Shown here: piece after piece, positions 26,483 through 36,479 of the stretch
Position numbering within the stretch: position 1 is the stretch's first letter
Layout: each line of letters starts with the position of its first letter
Sequence record: NC_041878.1
DNA length: 64,000 nt
Direction: 5' to 3' (one strand)
The notes under the pieces: model-generated
The model's input: only the letters and a program-made list of their open reading frames with translations
What the model was told of the DNA's origin: nothing
The model's database searches: none
Translations under genes and position numbers: made by a program

Positions 26483-26803
26483 ATGAACGCATTTGGATTT
26501 ATGGTTGGAACAGTACTGGTTAATACCTTATTCGTATTTGATGTATTCATTTCCAAATACCAACGTCGCTGGTCACTTTGGGGTTCAACAATGACTGTTA
26601 TTGTTGAGAGCTATAATGTATTCCTCGTTACTCCAATATGGACACTAATTAGTTTATGGTTCAGTGGTTTGATCTTTGGTGATTCGGTAAACATTGTGCA
26701 AGTATGTGTGAGTGTAATGTTTTGGGTATACATTGTAGTACTGTACGGTTTTAGTACTCACAAATATTACGAATGGAAAGTACCGGAGATGAAAAAAGAG
26801 TAA
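26483..26803 (+). CDS. membrane protein
   Basis: 3 hydrophobic segments. Confidence 0.75.
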   Translation: MNAFGFMVGTVLVNTLFVFDVFISKYQRRWSLWGSTMTVIVESYNVFLVTPIWTLISLWFSGLIFGDSVNIVQVCVSVMFWVYIVVLYGFSTHKYYEWKVPEMKKE

Positions 26804-27990
26804 TGACTTATAAAATATGGCAACCCAGGATAACCTCAATTGAAGTTCTTGGTAGCATAACTACAACAAATCATACAACAACTGATACAACACCAATACC
26901 TGTTATTAAAAGGAATAATATGATCGCGATTACCGATCCAGTTCGTTTGCAAGTAGAAGATATTCTACGTGCAAGTTTGAAATACGCTTCAAATCTACGT
27001 GTTAAAGATGTAGTACGTTATAAACTTGCCGAGAAGTTTATGAATACTCACAGCGATACTGAGTATTATGTGAATGAAAATGAAAAAGAAGGTAAGAGTA
27101 CTTTCAAACAAGTAGTTAGTACATTTTGTGAGAAACACAATTTGGGTACTATTAGTATGGGATACCAAGAACTTGTATTCAATGAAGAACAAGTAATTGG
27201 TTCAATTTCATTTGTATTCTATACTGATAAAACCTTCGGGTTTGATTACATTATGGATGAAACTCTTGTTGATGATTTCAAACTTTGCATCAAGAATCGT
27301 GAGAACTGTAATAACACTCCTATTCTTAATCGTTTGAGTCTGGACAACATGGGTCGTATGAACGAGAATAACATTCTGTTCAATCCACCTAAGATCAATA
27401 TGCCATCAGAGATCATGTATCCGTGGTTTGATTTTACACCTGAAGAACTTGCAAAAAACTTCATGGATAGTACTGCGAATGTTCTAGTACTATACGGTGA
27501 TCCAGGTACAGGTAAGACTACGTTTATTAAACGTATGTTGCAGGGTGTTGGTTTTGAAGAGAACCGTTCTATTACGGTCGTTGATACACCAGCAGTAATG
27601 CAATCACCAGAACTGGTTAATAATATCTATACGTCTAAACACAAAGATATTTTCATCTTTGAAGATGTTGACCGTCACCTTTATTCACGTGAAGAAGGTA
27701 ATGATATTATGGCTGGTCTATTGAACGCAGCAGAAGGTTTAGCATCACCTGATGTTAAGATCATTATCAGTACTAACATTAAGAATCTTAATGATATTGA
27801 TAGTGCATTGATTCGTCCAGGTCGTTGTTTCAAAACTCTTGAGTTCTTGAAACTACAAAAAGAAGAACAGATTAATGTTCGTAACTTCTTAGGTCTTGAT
27901 GTAGAAGTATGTACTTCTGCAACACAATCTCTTGCAGAAGTAATGAATGAACGTGCAACTACCGGAATGGTTGGTTCAGGTTTTCTGTAA
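26803..27990 (+). CDS. AAA+ ATPase (alternative start 26920)
   Basis: Walker A GDPGTGKT, Walker B IFIFED, sensor STN, LIRPGR arginine finger. Confidence 0.9.
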   Translation: MTYKIWQPRITSIEVLGSITTTNHTTTDTTPIPVIKRNNMIAITDPVRLQVEDILRASLKYASNLRVKDVVRYKLAEKFMNTHSDTEYYVNENEKEGKSTFKQVVSTFCEKHNLGTISMGYQELVFNEEQVIGSISFVFYTDKTFGFDYIMDETLVDDFKLCIKNRENCNNTPILNRLSLDNMGRMNENNILFNPPKINMPSEIMYPWFDFTPEELAKNFMDSTANVLVLYGDPGTGKTTFIKRMLQGVGFEENRSITVVDTPAVMQSPELVNNIYTSKHKDIFIFEDVDRHLYSREEGNDIMAGLLNAAEGLASPDVKIIISTNIKNLNDIDSALIRPGRCFKTLEFLKLQKEEQINVRNFLGLDVEVCTSATQSLAEVMNERATTGMVGSGFL

Positions 27991-27997
27991 TTAATTT

Positions 27998-28021
27998 GGG
28001 ATGCTTCGGCATCCCTTTTTT
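27998..28021 (+). terminator. intrinsic terminator
   Basis: GGGATGC-TTCG-GCATCCC followed by T run. Confidence 0.9.
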
Positions 28022-28044
28022 CGTTTGACATTTGGGAGTATTTC

Positions 28045-28233
28045 ATGTTATCATATGATGTAGTACTGAAAGGATTAAAAGATGGTGAAGACGTATATGA
28101 AACTATCGAACTCAAAATTGAAGCCGAAACCGAAGTTGAAGTAGATGCATTGATCGCAGATGCTATCTATCAGGTTCGTTTAGATAATATGTATTATAAA
28201 ATGAAATATGTATCTAAGGTAAAATGTGAATGA
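28045..28233 (+). CDS. small acidic protein
   Basis: GGGAG RBS. Confidence 0.7.
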   Translation: MLSYDVVLKGLKDGEDVYETIELKIEAETEVEVDALIADAIYQVRLDNMYYKMKYVSKVKCE

Positions 28234-28487
28234 CCCGAAGTGTACAATCCTATATCAATCGTTATAAAGCATCCTGGAAAACTCGTCGGGATGTAAACAG
28301 TACTATCAAACAATTGCAAGATAAATTGAACTGTCTGATGAAAACACGCTCGAAAGATTTAAGGAACTCTAAGAATCTGGATGAGAAAGTAGCAGTACGC
28401 AATCGTTATGATAACGATATTAAATTTTATGATTACCTTCTGTACATTATTAAGTTAGACTATTATGAGATTGTGAGTGAGTTATGA
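28230..28487 (+). CDS. basic coiled-coil protein
   Basis: ATGA overlap. Confidence 0.7.
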   Translation: MTRSVQSYINRYKASWKTRRDVNSTIKQLQDKLNCLMKTRSKDLRNSKNLDEKVAVRNRYDNDIKFYDYLLYIIKLDYYEIVSEL

Positions 28488-28651
28488 TTTATCAAATGAT
28501 TGTAAAAGCATTGAAAGAGCTACAGGCATCCGGTACTGACATTGGAAATGCAGTTAAGTACTGTTCAGATAACGCATTCGACCTTGTGCAAAAATATGAG
28601 GAAGGAACAACTATTGATGAATTGTTAATGATTTGTATGAATCATAAATAA
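28484..28651 (+). CDS. small hypothetical protein (55 aa)
   Basis: ATGA overlap; not in ORF track. Confidence 0.55.
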   Translation: MIYQMIVKALKELQASGTDIGNAVKYCSDNAFDLVQKYEEGTTIDELLMICMNHK

Positions 28652-28683
28652 ATGAAAGGAAATCATTTATAAGGATATAAACC

Positions 28684-28956
28684 ATGATTCATCCAGATAT
28701 GAACGTCATTAAGAAATGGAATACAGTTAAAATTTCCCAGCTTGGCGACTTGCTTAAATCACAAGGTTTTCACTTTGTTAAATCATTCAGTACTGATGAG
28801 CACCGTATTTTCGTTAGCGAAGACAATTCACTAATGATTATATTTGAGCGTAATGTTGGTAAAGTGTACAATACAAAAGACCGTAAAACTGCTTTACATT
28901 CTTTTAGTGCCGTTCCTGACATGCCAAAATTAAATGACGTTAAGCGTCCACAATAA
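28684..28956 (+). CDS. hypothetical protein
   Basis: AAGGA RBS. Confidence 0.75.
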   Translation: MIHPDMNVIKKWNTVKISQLGDLLKSQGFHFVKSFSTDEHRIFVSEDNSLMIIFERNVGKVYNTKDRKTALHSFSAVPDMPKLNDVKRPQ

Positions 28957-29037
28957 CCAAAAAGGGGTTGACTTCGGTCAGCCCCTTTGCTATTATGGCG
29001 GTACTGAAGCGAAAAACAACTTTTAAGAGAGAAGAAA

Positions 29038-29958
29038 ATGGAAGTACGTAACTGCCGTAACGTTAAATTCAATGGTCAATTCGTTCTTAAAAACCTGCAA
29101 GTATTACGTAAACAATATAAATTCAAATCTGGAGTTTTAACTTTAATTTCAGTTGCAACTCGTGATGGATTAAAATGCGATACTTGTCAGAATGATAAGA
29201 TTCATTTCGAATTGCACCCTGAATACGGTATGGCAATGTATGCTGGGTCAGTACGCATGACTAAGGATCATGATCTTCTTAATTCACTCGAAGGTTCAGA
29301 TGGTGCAGATAACCAGCATCTTCTTTGTGAAACTTGCAATACTTTGCGTGGGAATCGTTTTGCTGAATATAAAGAATTTAAAGATTGGTACGATTCAGTA
29401 CTGGCAAAAGGTCTTAATCCACATACTGCAATTAATAAAGTAAAACGTAATTTCTCTTATATGGATTTCCATAAGAACGGATATTCAGAATCACAACTTC
29501 CAGAAATTTTAGGTACTATTGATATAATTCCTGTTGATGTTAAAAATTCTTTAACTGAACATTTCCTAAAACACCAGGCATTCAAAGCAATTAAAGGTAT
29601 GTTTAGTTTTCACACATTACTATCATATTCTGAGAAAGCATGGAATGATTACCTTAATGAACTGATGGTTATTTTGGTAAAAACTCGTACTAAACAAGAT
29701 ATTCAAATGCGTAATACCAATTTTAATATCTACAAATACAAAAAAAGTAAAAAGAAAATTACAACATTCTTCGTTCATATTAATGAAACTATTAAAGTCG
29801 AATATCAAAAAGTTAAAAAAGACGCACACAAAGTTGGTATTCAAAAACAAATTAAAGAAGTACTGAACAACCAAGAACAATCATTTAAAGTTATTCCTGT
29901 TCGTCCGAACTTCTTCCAGCGTTTGAAGAATGCATTTCAAGTACTGGTAGCAGCATAA
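29038..29958 (+). CDS. HNH-like endonuclease
   Basis: CDTC...MTKDHDLLNSLEGSDGADNQHLLCETCN; shares GN(L/R)FAE..EF.DWY with 25915..26481. Confidence 0.8.
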   Translation: MEVRNCRNVKFNGQFVLKNLQVLRKQYKFKSGVLTLISVATRDGLKCDTCQNDKIHFELHPEYGMAMYAGSVRMTKDHDLLNSLEGSDGADNQHLLCETCNTLRGNRFAEYKEFKDWYDSVLAKGLNPHTAINKVKRNFSYMDFHKNGYSESQLPEILGTIDIIPVDVKNSLTEHFLKHQAFKAIKGMFSFHTLLSYSEKAWNDYLNELMVILVKTRTKQDIQMRNTNFNIYKYKKSKKKITTFFVHINETIKVEYQKVKKDAHKVGIQKQIKEVLNNQEQSFKVIPVRPNFFQRLKNAFQVLVAA

Positions 29959-29961
29959 ATC

Positions 29962-29986
29962 AAAAGGGAGCCAATTGCTCCCTTTC
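29962..29986. terminator. bidirectional terminator
   Basis: AAAGGGAGC-caatt-GCTCCCTTT between convergent genes. Confidence 0.85.
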
Positions 29987-29988
29987 TA

Positions 29989-30648
29989 TTATAGTAATTG
30001 TCTAACTTCGAACTCATAAATTTTGCCGTTAAAGAATGGTGTAGCAGCAGTTCCACTAAAAGCATTCTTACCTACAGTGTAGTTTTGTAGGGTATTGATA
30101 TTAAAAACTTGTGAACTTGATTGAAAAAGAACATCGTTGATGTAAACAAATGAACCTGTACTCAAAAGTTGAATTCTAATTTCCATTGGAGTATTGGCAT
30201 CATTTGTGAATGTTGATGTACTGTAGTTGTCACCTGTATTATTAATACTCATATATGTTTTAAATGGGGCTACTGCGTTTGATGTGTACCCAAATAAAAA
30301 ATAATTTCCGTTGGTTTGTATCGGTCTAGTATCCATTAGAAGTGTAAGATATTGTCCACCTCTATATACTAACCCTGATATTTTATAATAAATTTCCATA
30401 TTAGTTCCAATGGCTAATTTATTATCCTTGAAGTTAAAGTATGAAGAAGCACTCCCGTTAAAATTCATATATGTTCCATATTGGTTTAGACCAACTGTAA
30501 CATCGGCTCCACGGTTTATAGTTATATTATTATCACTTTTGTCTTTAATGTCAGAAATAGTATTAAACTCATGCATACTAAGAAGTACTTTATAGTTCGG
30601 TGGTATGATTACGTTTGCGTATTCAAATAATCTTGGGAATGGTAACAT
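29989..30648 (-). CDS. MLPF-family putative virion protein, concanavalin/LamG-like domain
   Basis: MLPFPRLFEYAN N-terminus; FVYINDVL..FNGKIYEFEV. Confidence 0.8.
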   Translation of the reverse strand: MLPFPRLFEYANVIIPPNYKVLLSMHEFNTISDIKDKSDNNITINRGADVTVGLNQYGTYMNFNGSASSYFNFKDNKLAIGTNMEIYYKISGLVYRGGQYLTLLMDTRPIQTNGNYFLFGYTSNAVAPFKTYMSINNTGDNYSTSTFTNDANTPMEIRIQLLSTGSFVYINDVLFQSSSQVFNINTLQNYTVGKNAFSGTAATPFFNGKIYEFEVRQLL

Positions 30649-30662
30649 GTGAATAGTTTTCC

Positions 30663-31310
30663 TTATGTTGGTCTACGAATTTCAAAACGGTAAATTTTAC
30701 CATATAAGTACGGTGCTGATGGTGCACCATTGTTAACCCACGCATTCTTACCAATTTTATATTGTTGGTTAACCATACTTATTGCTGCGGTAGTGCTAAA
30801 AAATAATGAGTCATTAACAAATAATTGTGTACCAGTACTCCTTATTTTAAATAGCATTTCAATTGGCTCAGCAGATGTGTCAGGGAATGTATTAGTACTT
30901 TGTAATTCACCAGCACTTTGATAATACATCCAAAGAGTATAAGGTGCTGGGGCGTTAGATGAATATCCAGCAACAAAATATTGCCCATTAGTACCTGCTG
31001 GTCTACAATCTATGATTTGATTTGAATATATTCCACTTCTATATGTGAAGTTGCTTATTTTAATATAAATGTCAAGTTCTCCTAAATCCAACAAACTAGA
31101 GTTAAACTCTACCCATTGTGCTTGACCAGTGAAGTTCATATAAGTACCGTATGCATCAACACCAACAGGCAAATAACCAAAAGCAGATACTGGAATTTTA
31201 TTAGGACTTCTATCAACTATGTCAGACGTACTAATAAAATCATATAAAGCAAAAACTGGAACAGAACTAAGATCATTTCCATATTGAAGCATTCTTGTAA
31301 ATGGAAGCAT
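30663..31310 (-). CDS. MLPF-family putative virion protein, concanavalin/LamG-like domain
   Basis: MLPFTRMLQYGN; close paralog of 29989..30648. Confidence 0.8.
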   Translation of the reverse strand: MLPFTRMLQYGNDLSSVPVFALYDFISTSDIVDRSPNKIPVSAFGYLPVGVDAYGTYMNFTGQAQWVEFNSSLLDLGELDIYIKISNFTYRSGIYSNQIIDCRPAGTNGQYFVAGYSSNAPAPYTLWMYYQSAGELQSTNTFPDTSAEPIEMLFKIRSTGTQLFVNDSLFFSTTAAISMVNQQYKIGKNAWVNNGAPSAPYLYGKIYRFEIRRPT

Positions 31311-31409
31311 ATTATAATAACCTCATATTTTTAAAATTATTAATTATTTAGGCTTGACACGATGTTAAATCTTTGATATAATGTCAGTATTAAGTGCGAG
31401 AGGTAGAAA

Positions 31410-32192
31410 ATGATTAGTCGTCGCGAAGTACTGAAACTGCGTATCGCTGAGAATTTTGATGCGATGATGGATACGCTTGAGTGCATCCTGAATCCGTTGA
31501 ACCCAATCAAGGCTATGACCGTGACTGGAGCGAGTGGTATTGGTAAATCTTATAACCTGATTAAACGGTTAGAAGATGCTCATGATCATGGTTATTGTAA
31601 CTTCCACTATCTTAACGGTAAATGTACTGGACTTGGTTTGTATCAGGCATTATATAATGCTCGTCACTTAGGTTCAGTACTGCTGATGGATGACGTTGAC
31701 GTATTTGATACAGAAGATAAGTTGAACCTTCTGAAAGCATCTCTTGAATCTGATGATAATCGAATCATCACTTACATGAGTTCTTCACGTCACTTAGCTG
31801 ATAACGGAATTCCTACTCAGTTCGAGTTCTGTGGTAAGGTTATCTTTATCACGAACAAAGACCTAGTGAAAATTTCCGAAGCTAACTCAGCATTGTCTCC
31901 ACATGTTGAGGCATTGATGACTCGTGGTGCATTCATTGACCTTGAGATCCATGATAACGAAAGTGTTATGGTTCACATTGAGAACATCATGCGTAGTACT
32001 AACATTGTTAAAGGTCTTGGTGTTAGCAGCGATGGTGCAGAGAAGATACTGAACTTCATGTTGAAGAACAGTGCTAATCTCCGTAAGCCATCATTGCGTA
32101 TGCCAGTTCAATTGGCAGGGCTGTACTTGCAGTTCCCTGATAAATGGGAGCAACATGCAATGAAAGTATGTGTTAAATCTGTAAAGGTGTAG
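31410..32192 (+). CDS. P-loop NTPase
   Basis: Walker A GASGIGKS, Walker B LLMDD, IFITN; own promoter TTGACA about 31354. Confidence 0.85.
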   Translation: MISRREVLKLRIAENFDAMMDTLECILNPLNPIKAMTVTGASGIGKSYNLIKRLEDAHDHGYCNFHYLNGKCTGLGLYQALYNARHLGSVLLMDDVDVFDTEDKLNLLKASLESDDNRIITYMSSSRHLADNGIPTQFEFCGKVIFITNKDLVKISEANSALSPHVEALMTRGAFIDLEIHDNESVMVHIENIMRSTNIVKGLGVSSDGAEKILNFMLKNSANLRKPSLRMPVQLAGLYLQFPDKWEQHAMKVCVKSVKV

Positions 32193-32199
32193 TGTAACG

Positions 32200-32523
32200 A
32201 TGGAAATCATAGCAGTACTATCAATTATAGTTTTTATTATCATGTTCGTCGGGTACTGGACATATGCTGATTACTATACTAATTTAAAAATAGATATACG
32301 CCGAATGTATTGGGTGACTCATGTAATTATGTACGGCATTGCTGCTGAATGTATATTACTTTCAATGGGTGAACCTGAACCACTTAAAGCTGCGATAAAA
32401 GCGTGTTCCGCAGTTATAGGTTATGGTACTATTATAATTGTTGCGTCCAGTTTTGGTGCTGCACTTATTTTGTTTTTTGGTGAATCTCGTAAGTACTTTG
32501 GTCGCAAAAGAAATAAACTTTAG
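32200..32523 (+). CDS. 3-TM membrane protein, paralog family (WTYADYY)
   Basis: Hydrophobic; ends YFGRKRNKL. Confidence 0.8.
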   Translation: MEIIAVLSIIVFIIMFVGYWTYADYYTNLKIDIRRMYWVTHVIMYGIAAECILLSMGEPEPLKAAIKACSAVIGYGTIIIVASSFGAALILFFGESRKYFGRKRNKL

Positions 32524-32531
32524 GTGGTGTA

Positions 32532-32884
32532 ATGTTTCATGATTTTATGTACATCAATGGTGTATTGTGGGCTGTAGTTGGTATTATCATGATAATCGGA
32601 AATTTAACTTATGCCGATTATTATACAAAGTTGAATGAAAAATTCGTATCAAACTTTTGGGGTACTTATGCTATTTGTATGGGTGCAGCAATAGTTAACT
32701 TCGTTTTACTTTTGTTATAACGTTGGCGGTTGGTAAAACTGATGGACCAGAACCATTGAATTATGGATTAGGTTGGCTTGCAGTACTGTCCATTATAGTG
32801 TATAGTATCGGTGTTATTTGGGCTATCTGTATCGGATTTTGTAATTTAAAACAATATTTCGGTCGTAAACGTAATAAAATTTAA
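32532..32884 (+). pseudogene. frameshifted 3-TM membrane protein paralog
   Basis: ORF stops at 32720; -1 frame continues GPEPL...YFGRKRNKI to TAA 32882-32884; one extra T in the ACTTTTG run would restore it. Confidence 0.7.
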
Positions 32885-32897
32885 GGTATCAATTAAA

Positions 32898-33668
32898 ATG
32901 ATTAAACTTTGTATTGAAGATATTACACTGAATCAGTTAGAACCTAAACTGCTTCCTTTTGTTCAATGGAAATCTCTGAAAGTTTCCGATCTCGAAGGTG
33001 TCAGTGACGAAATCATTTCGAAGTACATCTTCCAAATGGCACGTCCAGTTATCAAATCTATGATCAAAAATAAGAATATAGATTTTAGTCATCTTACTGA
33101 CGATCAATGGGTTGACCTGGTACATGAAGCATACAACGATGACTATTCATTGTTTGACTACTTCCAGCTTCCGTACAGTGCATTGATGAAATTACTGGAA
33201 TCGGATCGTAATGTTAATCGCTATGCTAGTGCAATGGCAAAAACACAAAAGAATATGCCAGTACAAGAAGCATTACGTCATGCTAGTAATAGTTTCTTAA
33301 ACCATATTCTTCTGACGAATAGCAATCCTGCTCTTATGGATTATATGTTCTCTGAAGAAGGTATTGCACAACTGAAAGAGAAACGCCATTCACAGTATCT
33401 TCAGTATTTGACTTCAGAAGAAGCAAAAAAGATCGGTGCACGTAATATTAAGAACCGTCGCATTAGTCCTGAGCTTCTTCGTCGTGCTGGTGCTTGCCAT
33501 AATGGTGTTTCGTACTGTTCTAAAATGCTTAAAGAACTGAATCTGGAACAGATTACATGGGATGAAGCAATTCATACAATCCGTAATAATCCTAAACTTC
33601 AGAAACGTTCTTCACTTCTGGACTATATGGAATGGATCTATCAACGTAGCTCACACCTTCCAGAATAA
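32898..33668 (+). CDS. helical protein with C-terminal CxxG...TWDE...WI domain
   Basis: RAGACHNG...ITWDEAI...YMEWI. Confidence 0.85.
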   Translation: MIKLCIEDITLNQLEPKLLPFVQWKSLKVSDLEGVSDEIISKYIFQMARPVIKSMIKNKNIDFSHLTDDQWVDLVHEAYNDDYSLFDYFQLPYSALMKLLESDRNVNRYASAMAKTQKNMPVQEALRHASNSFLNHILLTNSNPALMDYMFSEEGIAQLKEKRHSQYLQYLTSEEAKKIGARNIKNRRISPELLRRAGACHNGVSYCSKMLKELNLEQITWDEAIHTIRNNPKLQKRSSLLDYMEWIYQRSSHLPE

Positions 33669-33679
33669 ATTATAAATTA

Positions 33680-33703
33680 AAACTCCCTACGGGGAGTTTT
33701 TTA
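33680..33703 (+). terminator. intrinsic terminator
   Basis: AAACTCCC-tacg-GGGAGTTT followed by T run. Confidence 0.85.
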
Positions 33704-33714
33704 TTGAGGCTCTT

Positions 33715-34065
33715 ATGGTTCTACCTAACGTATTATATAATATTGCAGTACTTCTATTTGTACTTAATCTTTCAACATTAGTAGTACTCTTTGTTGGTTG
33801 GTTAACTCACGCTAATTACTACTATAAACTTTACGAAACTGTTGATGACGTTGCAATTTTTGTACATAGTTTATTCACTGCAATCTTTGGCTTTATTGGA
33901 ATTATTGGTTATCTAGTTGATGATAGCAAACCTCGTCTATTTGATGCAATCATTTCATTAAATGGGTTGTATGTAGCTGCTATACTATTGGTTATAGTAC
34001 TAGGCTATCTTCAAGGTTATATAATGAAGGTGCATAATTACTTCGGTAATAAAAGGGGAAGGTAA
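33715..34065 (+). CDS. 3-TM membrane protein, paralog family (WLTHANYY)
   Basis: Hydrophobic; ends YFGNKRGR. Confidence 0.8.
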   Translation: MVLPNVLYNIAVLLFVLNLSTLVVLFVGWLTHANYYYKLYETVDDVAIFVHSLFTAIFGFIGIIGYLVDDSKPRLFDAIISLNGLYVAAILLVIVLGYLQGYIMKVHNYFGNKRGR

Positions 34066-34403
34066 TGGAAGCGTTACTAAGTATATCTGAATATGTTGTG
34101 TATCCATCATTAATATACATGGCACTGTATGTGTTCATCTTTGTTATGTGGTTGTTCGCAACGGACTTTTACGATGTTGTAGAAGATGTAATCGGTGATG
34201 GTAAAGCATTCTTCACTACGATGTTTGTAATAAGTATACTGAACTATATTATTGGTAAGTTCATATGGTCATGGGCTAACCCAATAAACTACTTGTTTAA
34301 CGGCATTCTCTGCATTATCCTATTGCTCATTATCGGTATTCTGTTTCTAACATTTTGTGAATCATTCAACCAGTACTGCCGAGAAAAACGAGGAAAAGAT
34401 TAA
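34065..34403 (+). CDS. 3-TM membrane protein, paralog family (WLFATDFY)
   Basis: Coupled start; hydrophobic. Confidence 0.8.
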   Translation: MEALLSISEYVVYPSLIYMALYVFIFVMWLFATDFYDVVEDVIGDGKAFFTTMFVISILNYIIGKFIWSWANPINYLFNGILCIILLLIIGILFLTFCESFNQYCREKRGKD

Positions 34404-34753
34404 TGTTATATATTTTTATTAACGGTTACACAATAGTATTTTTAACATTTATTATTGTTACAGTACTGGATTGGGTTTTGGGTATTGATAAACTTAACCC
34501 ATATTTGAATGAAAAGCTTGAAGGTGTAAGTAAGAAAAACGCAGAAGTATTCTTTCCTACAATTGCTTTAACTTTATTGGGTATATTTTCTGCACTCATG
34601 TATTTGTGTACTGGATTTATATTCTTCCACGTTATATACTTCTTTGTAGTCTTTTGTGGCTTAGTGATTTTGGGAATAATAATTGCAGTTTGGGCGATCT
34701 TTAAAGTACTGTCCAGTATTCGGAACTTTATTATTTCCAAGAAAAAACAGTAA
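34403..34753 (+). CDS. 3-TM membrane protein
   Basis: Coupled start; hydrophobic. Confidence 0.8.
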   Translation: MLYIFINGYTIVFLTFIIVTVLDWVLGIDKLNPYLNEKLEGVSKKNAEVFFPTIALTLLGIFSALMYLCTGFIFFHVIYFFVVFCGLVILGIIIAVWAIFKVLSSIRNFIISKKKQ

Positions 34754-34819
34754 TTTGGCTTGACTTAGGCTTTCGAACTCCGTATAATAGCTCCATCAAA
34801 TGATGACGAGGATTTAGAA

Positions 34820-35116
34820 ATGAACAAAGAAGATATGATTGTTGAAGCTGCAAAACGTACTCTTGTTGAACTTAAAAAACAAGTTAAGTCTACACCTCCG
34901 ATGGTTGTACCATTTGCTGTAGTCGGTCTGATTGTAGGCCATTGGTGGGCTACTGTAGTTGTGATCATTCTTATGCTTGTATGGGAAGGTTATGAGCACT
35001 ACAACGATGTAGTTGCAGAAGAAGTTGCAGGTATCAAATCTGCTTCTAAAGAAGCAGCAGACTCTGCCAACAATGTACAGTCTGAAGAAGTCAGTACTGA
35101 AAACAAAGAACAATAA
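34820..35116 (+). CDS. membrane protein
   Basis: GAGG RBS; own promoter TTGACT..TATAAT. Confidence 0.75.
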   Translation: MNKEDMIVEAAKRTLVELKKQVKSTPPMVVPFAVVGLIVGHWWATVVVIILMLVWEGYEHYNDVVAEEVAGIKSASKEAADSANNVQSEEVSTENKEQ

Positions 35117-35167
35117 TAATTATACCCGCCAGCATTGTTGGCGGTTTTTTAATTGCGAGGAAAACAA

Positions 35168-35791
35168 ATGAAACGTACTAAAAATATTAATAAAGACCGT
35201 TTCCGTAAAGTTCATACATTCTGGAAATATAGTGCATTATTCCTGGCTATCTCAGGTAGTACTTTATTTCTGACAGGTTGCGACGATACTGAAAACGTAT
35301 CAGTTTATCAAACGATTCAGGACTGTGAACGTTCTGCTGCGAATGATAAAGCTAAAGAACAATGTGCTTTGGATTACCAAAATGCATTAGCACAAAATAA
35401 AAGTACTGCACCTAAGTACAGTTCACAACGTGATTGTGAAGATGAATTCGGTGCGAATCAGTGTACTACCACGAATAGTACTCATAGTTCTATGATGTGG
35501 TTCCCATTAATGAGCGGTTATAGTTCTTCTCATGCGAACTATCCGAGCCAGCCATTATATTCAAGTACACGTTATAGTTCACCAATGCACGGAAAATTTG
35601 TAGATGCAAAAGGTAATTCATTTGGTTCCTTTAAACCATCTGGTACTTCTTCTGTATCTCGATCAGCACTGTCAAGCAAACCAGCGGTAACAACTACAAC
35701 AACTCGTGGTGGATTTGGTAGTACTGTTTCAACTCATGCTGCACGTGCATCATCATCACATTCTTCCGGTGGTCACAGTTTCGGTGGATAA
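35168..35791 (+). CDS. DUF1190 / YgiB-like lipoprotein
   Basis: MKRTKNIN..FRK, LTGC lipobox, APKY.S..DCEDEFG..QC, W.PLMSGY, RGGFG tail. Confidence 0.85.
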   Translation: MKRTKNINKDRFRKVHTFWKYSALFLAISGSTLFLTGCDDTENVSVYQTIQDCERSAANDKAKEQCALDYQNALAQNKSTAPKYSSQRDCEDEFGANQCTTTNSTHSSMMWFPLMSGYSSSHANYPSQPLYSSTRYSSPMHGKFVDAKGNSFGSFKPSGTSSVSRSALSSKPAVTTTTTRGGFGSTVSTHAARASSSHSSGGHSFGG

Positions 35792-35793
35792 AA

Positions 35794-35818
35794 GAAAAGC
35801 CCCAAAAGGGGCTTTTTT
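35794..35818. terminator. bidirectional terminator
   Basis: AAAAGCCCC-aaaa-GGGGCTTTT. Confidence 0.85.
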
Positions 35819-36470
35819 AATTTGTGAGATTTAATGGTGGTGTCGGAACTGTAATAGTACTGCCACCATTATATAATGCTTTATTTGTAATCCGTATTTG
35901 ATCATAGTACGCAAGTGAATTTGTTTCATATCCACCAATGCGTAACGGAGTATTATTATCTCCCCAAATATCAGATGTTAAAGTAATTTTAAGTATACCA
36001 TTGATGTACAAATAAACATTACCTGAATGTTGAAGGATACAGAAATGTGTCCATGTGTTTAATGGTATGTTAGCACTTGACGAAACTGAACCACCTTTTG
36101 CTCTACCTTGTAGGTATAGACTTCCACTGTATATTTTCAAACCACTAGTGGTTCCTGTTCCTGAACTCATGTACCAGTTGTTTGATGTATTGTTTGTGCA
36201 ATACGCATACCATTCAAGTGTGAAATCCTGACCAGTACCAATAGTTGTATCAGCACGATCCACAGCACTGATTGTATAGTACCCGTAACGAAAATCATAG
36301 CTGTTCCCAATAATAGCGGGTGTTGTTGGTACAGGAACAGAGCCAACAGTATTAATAACCCTTGTTGGTTTAGCAATATCAATTTTGCCGTTGTTTGCAT
36401 GTAATAGGAATTTTGTAGCGTATTCAACTATTACATTTGCATATTTTATGATTCTTGCGAATGGTAACAT
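35817..36470 (-). CDS. MLPF-family protein, LamG domain
   Basis: DFTLEWY, NTWTHFCI, LYING, YDQIRIT. Confidence 0.85.
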   Translation of the reverse strand: MLPFARIIKYANVIVEYATKFLLHANNGKIDIAKPTRVINTVGSVPVPTTPAIIGNSYDFRYGYYTISAVDRADTTIGTGQDFTLEWYAYCTNNTSNNWYMSSGTGTTSGLKIYSGSLYLQGRAKGGSVSSSANIPLNTWTHFCILQHSGNVYLYINGILKITLTSDIWGDNNTPLRIGGYETNSLAYYDQIRITNKALYNGGSTITVPTPPLNLTN

Positions 36471-36479
36471 AATAGTTCC

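Noticed and set aside
31410-32192. Calling this NTPase a clamp loader or PhoH
   Set aside because: Only generic Walker A/B motifs are visible; family-specific motifs are not recognisable by eye.
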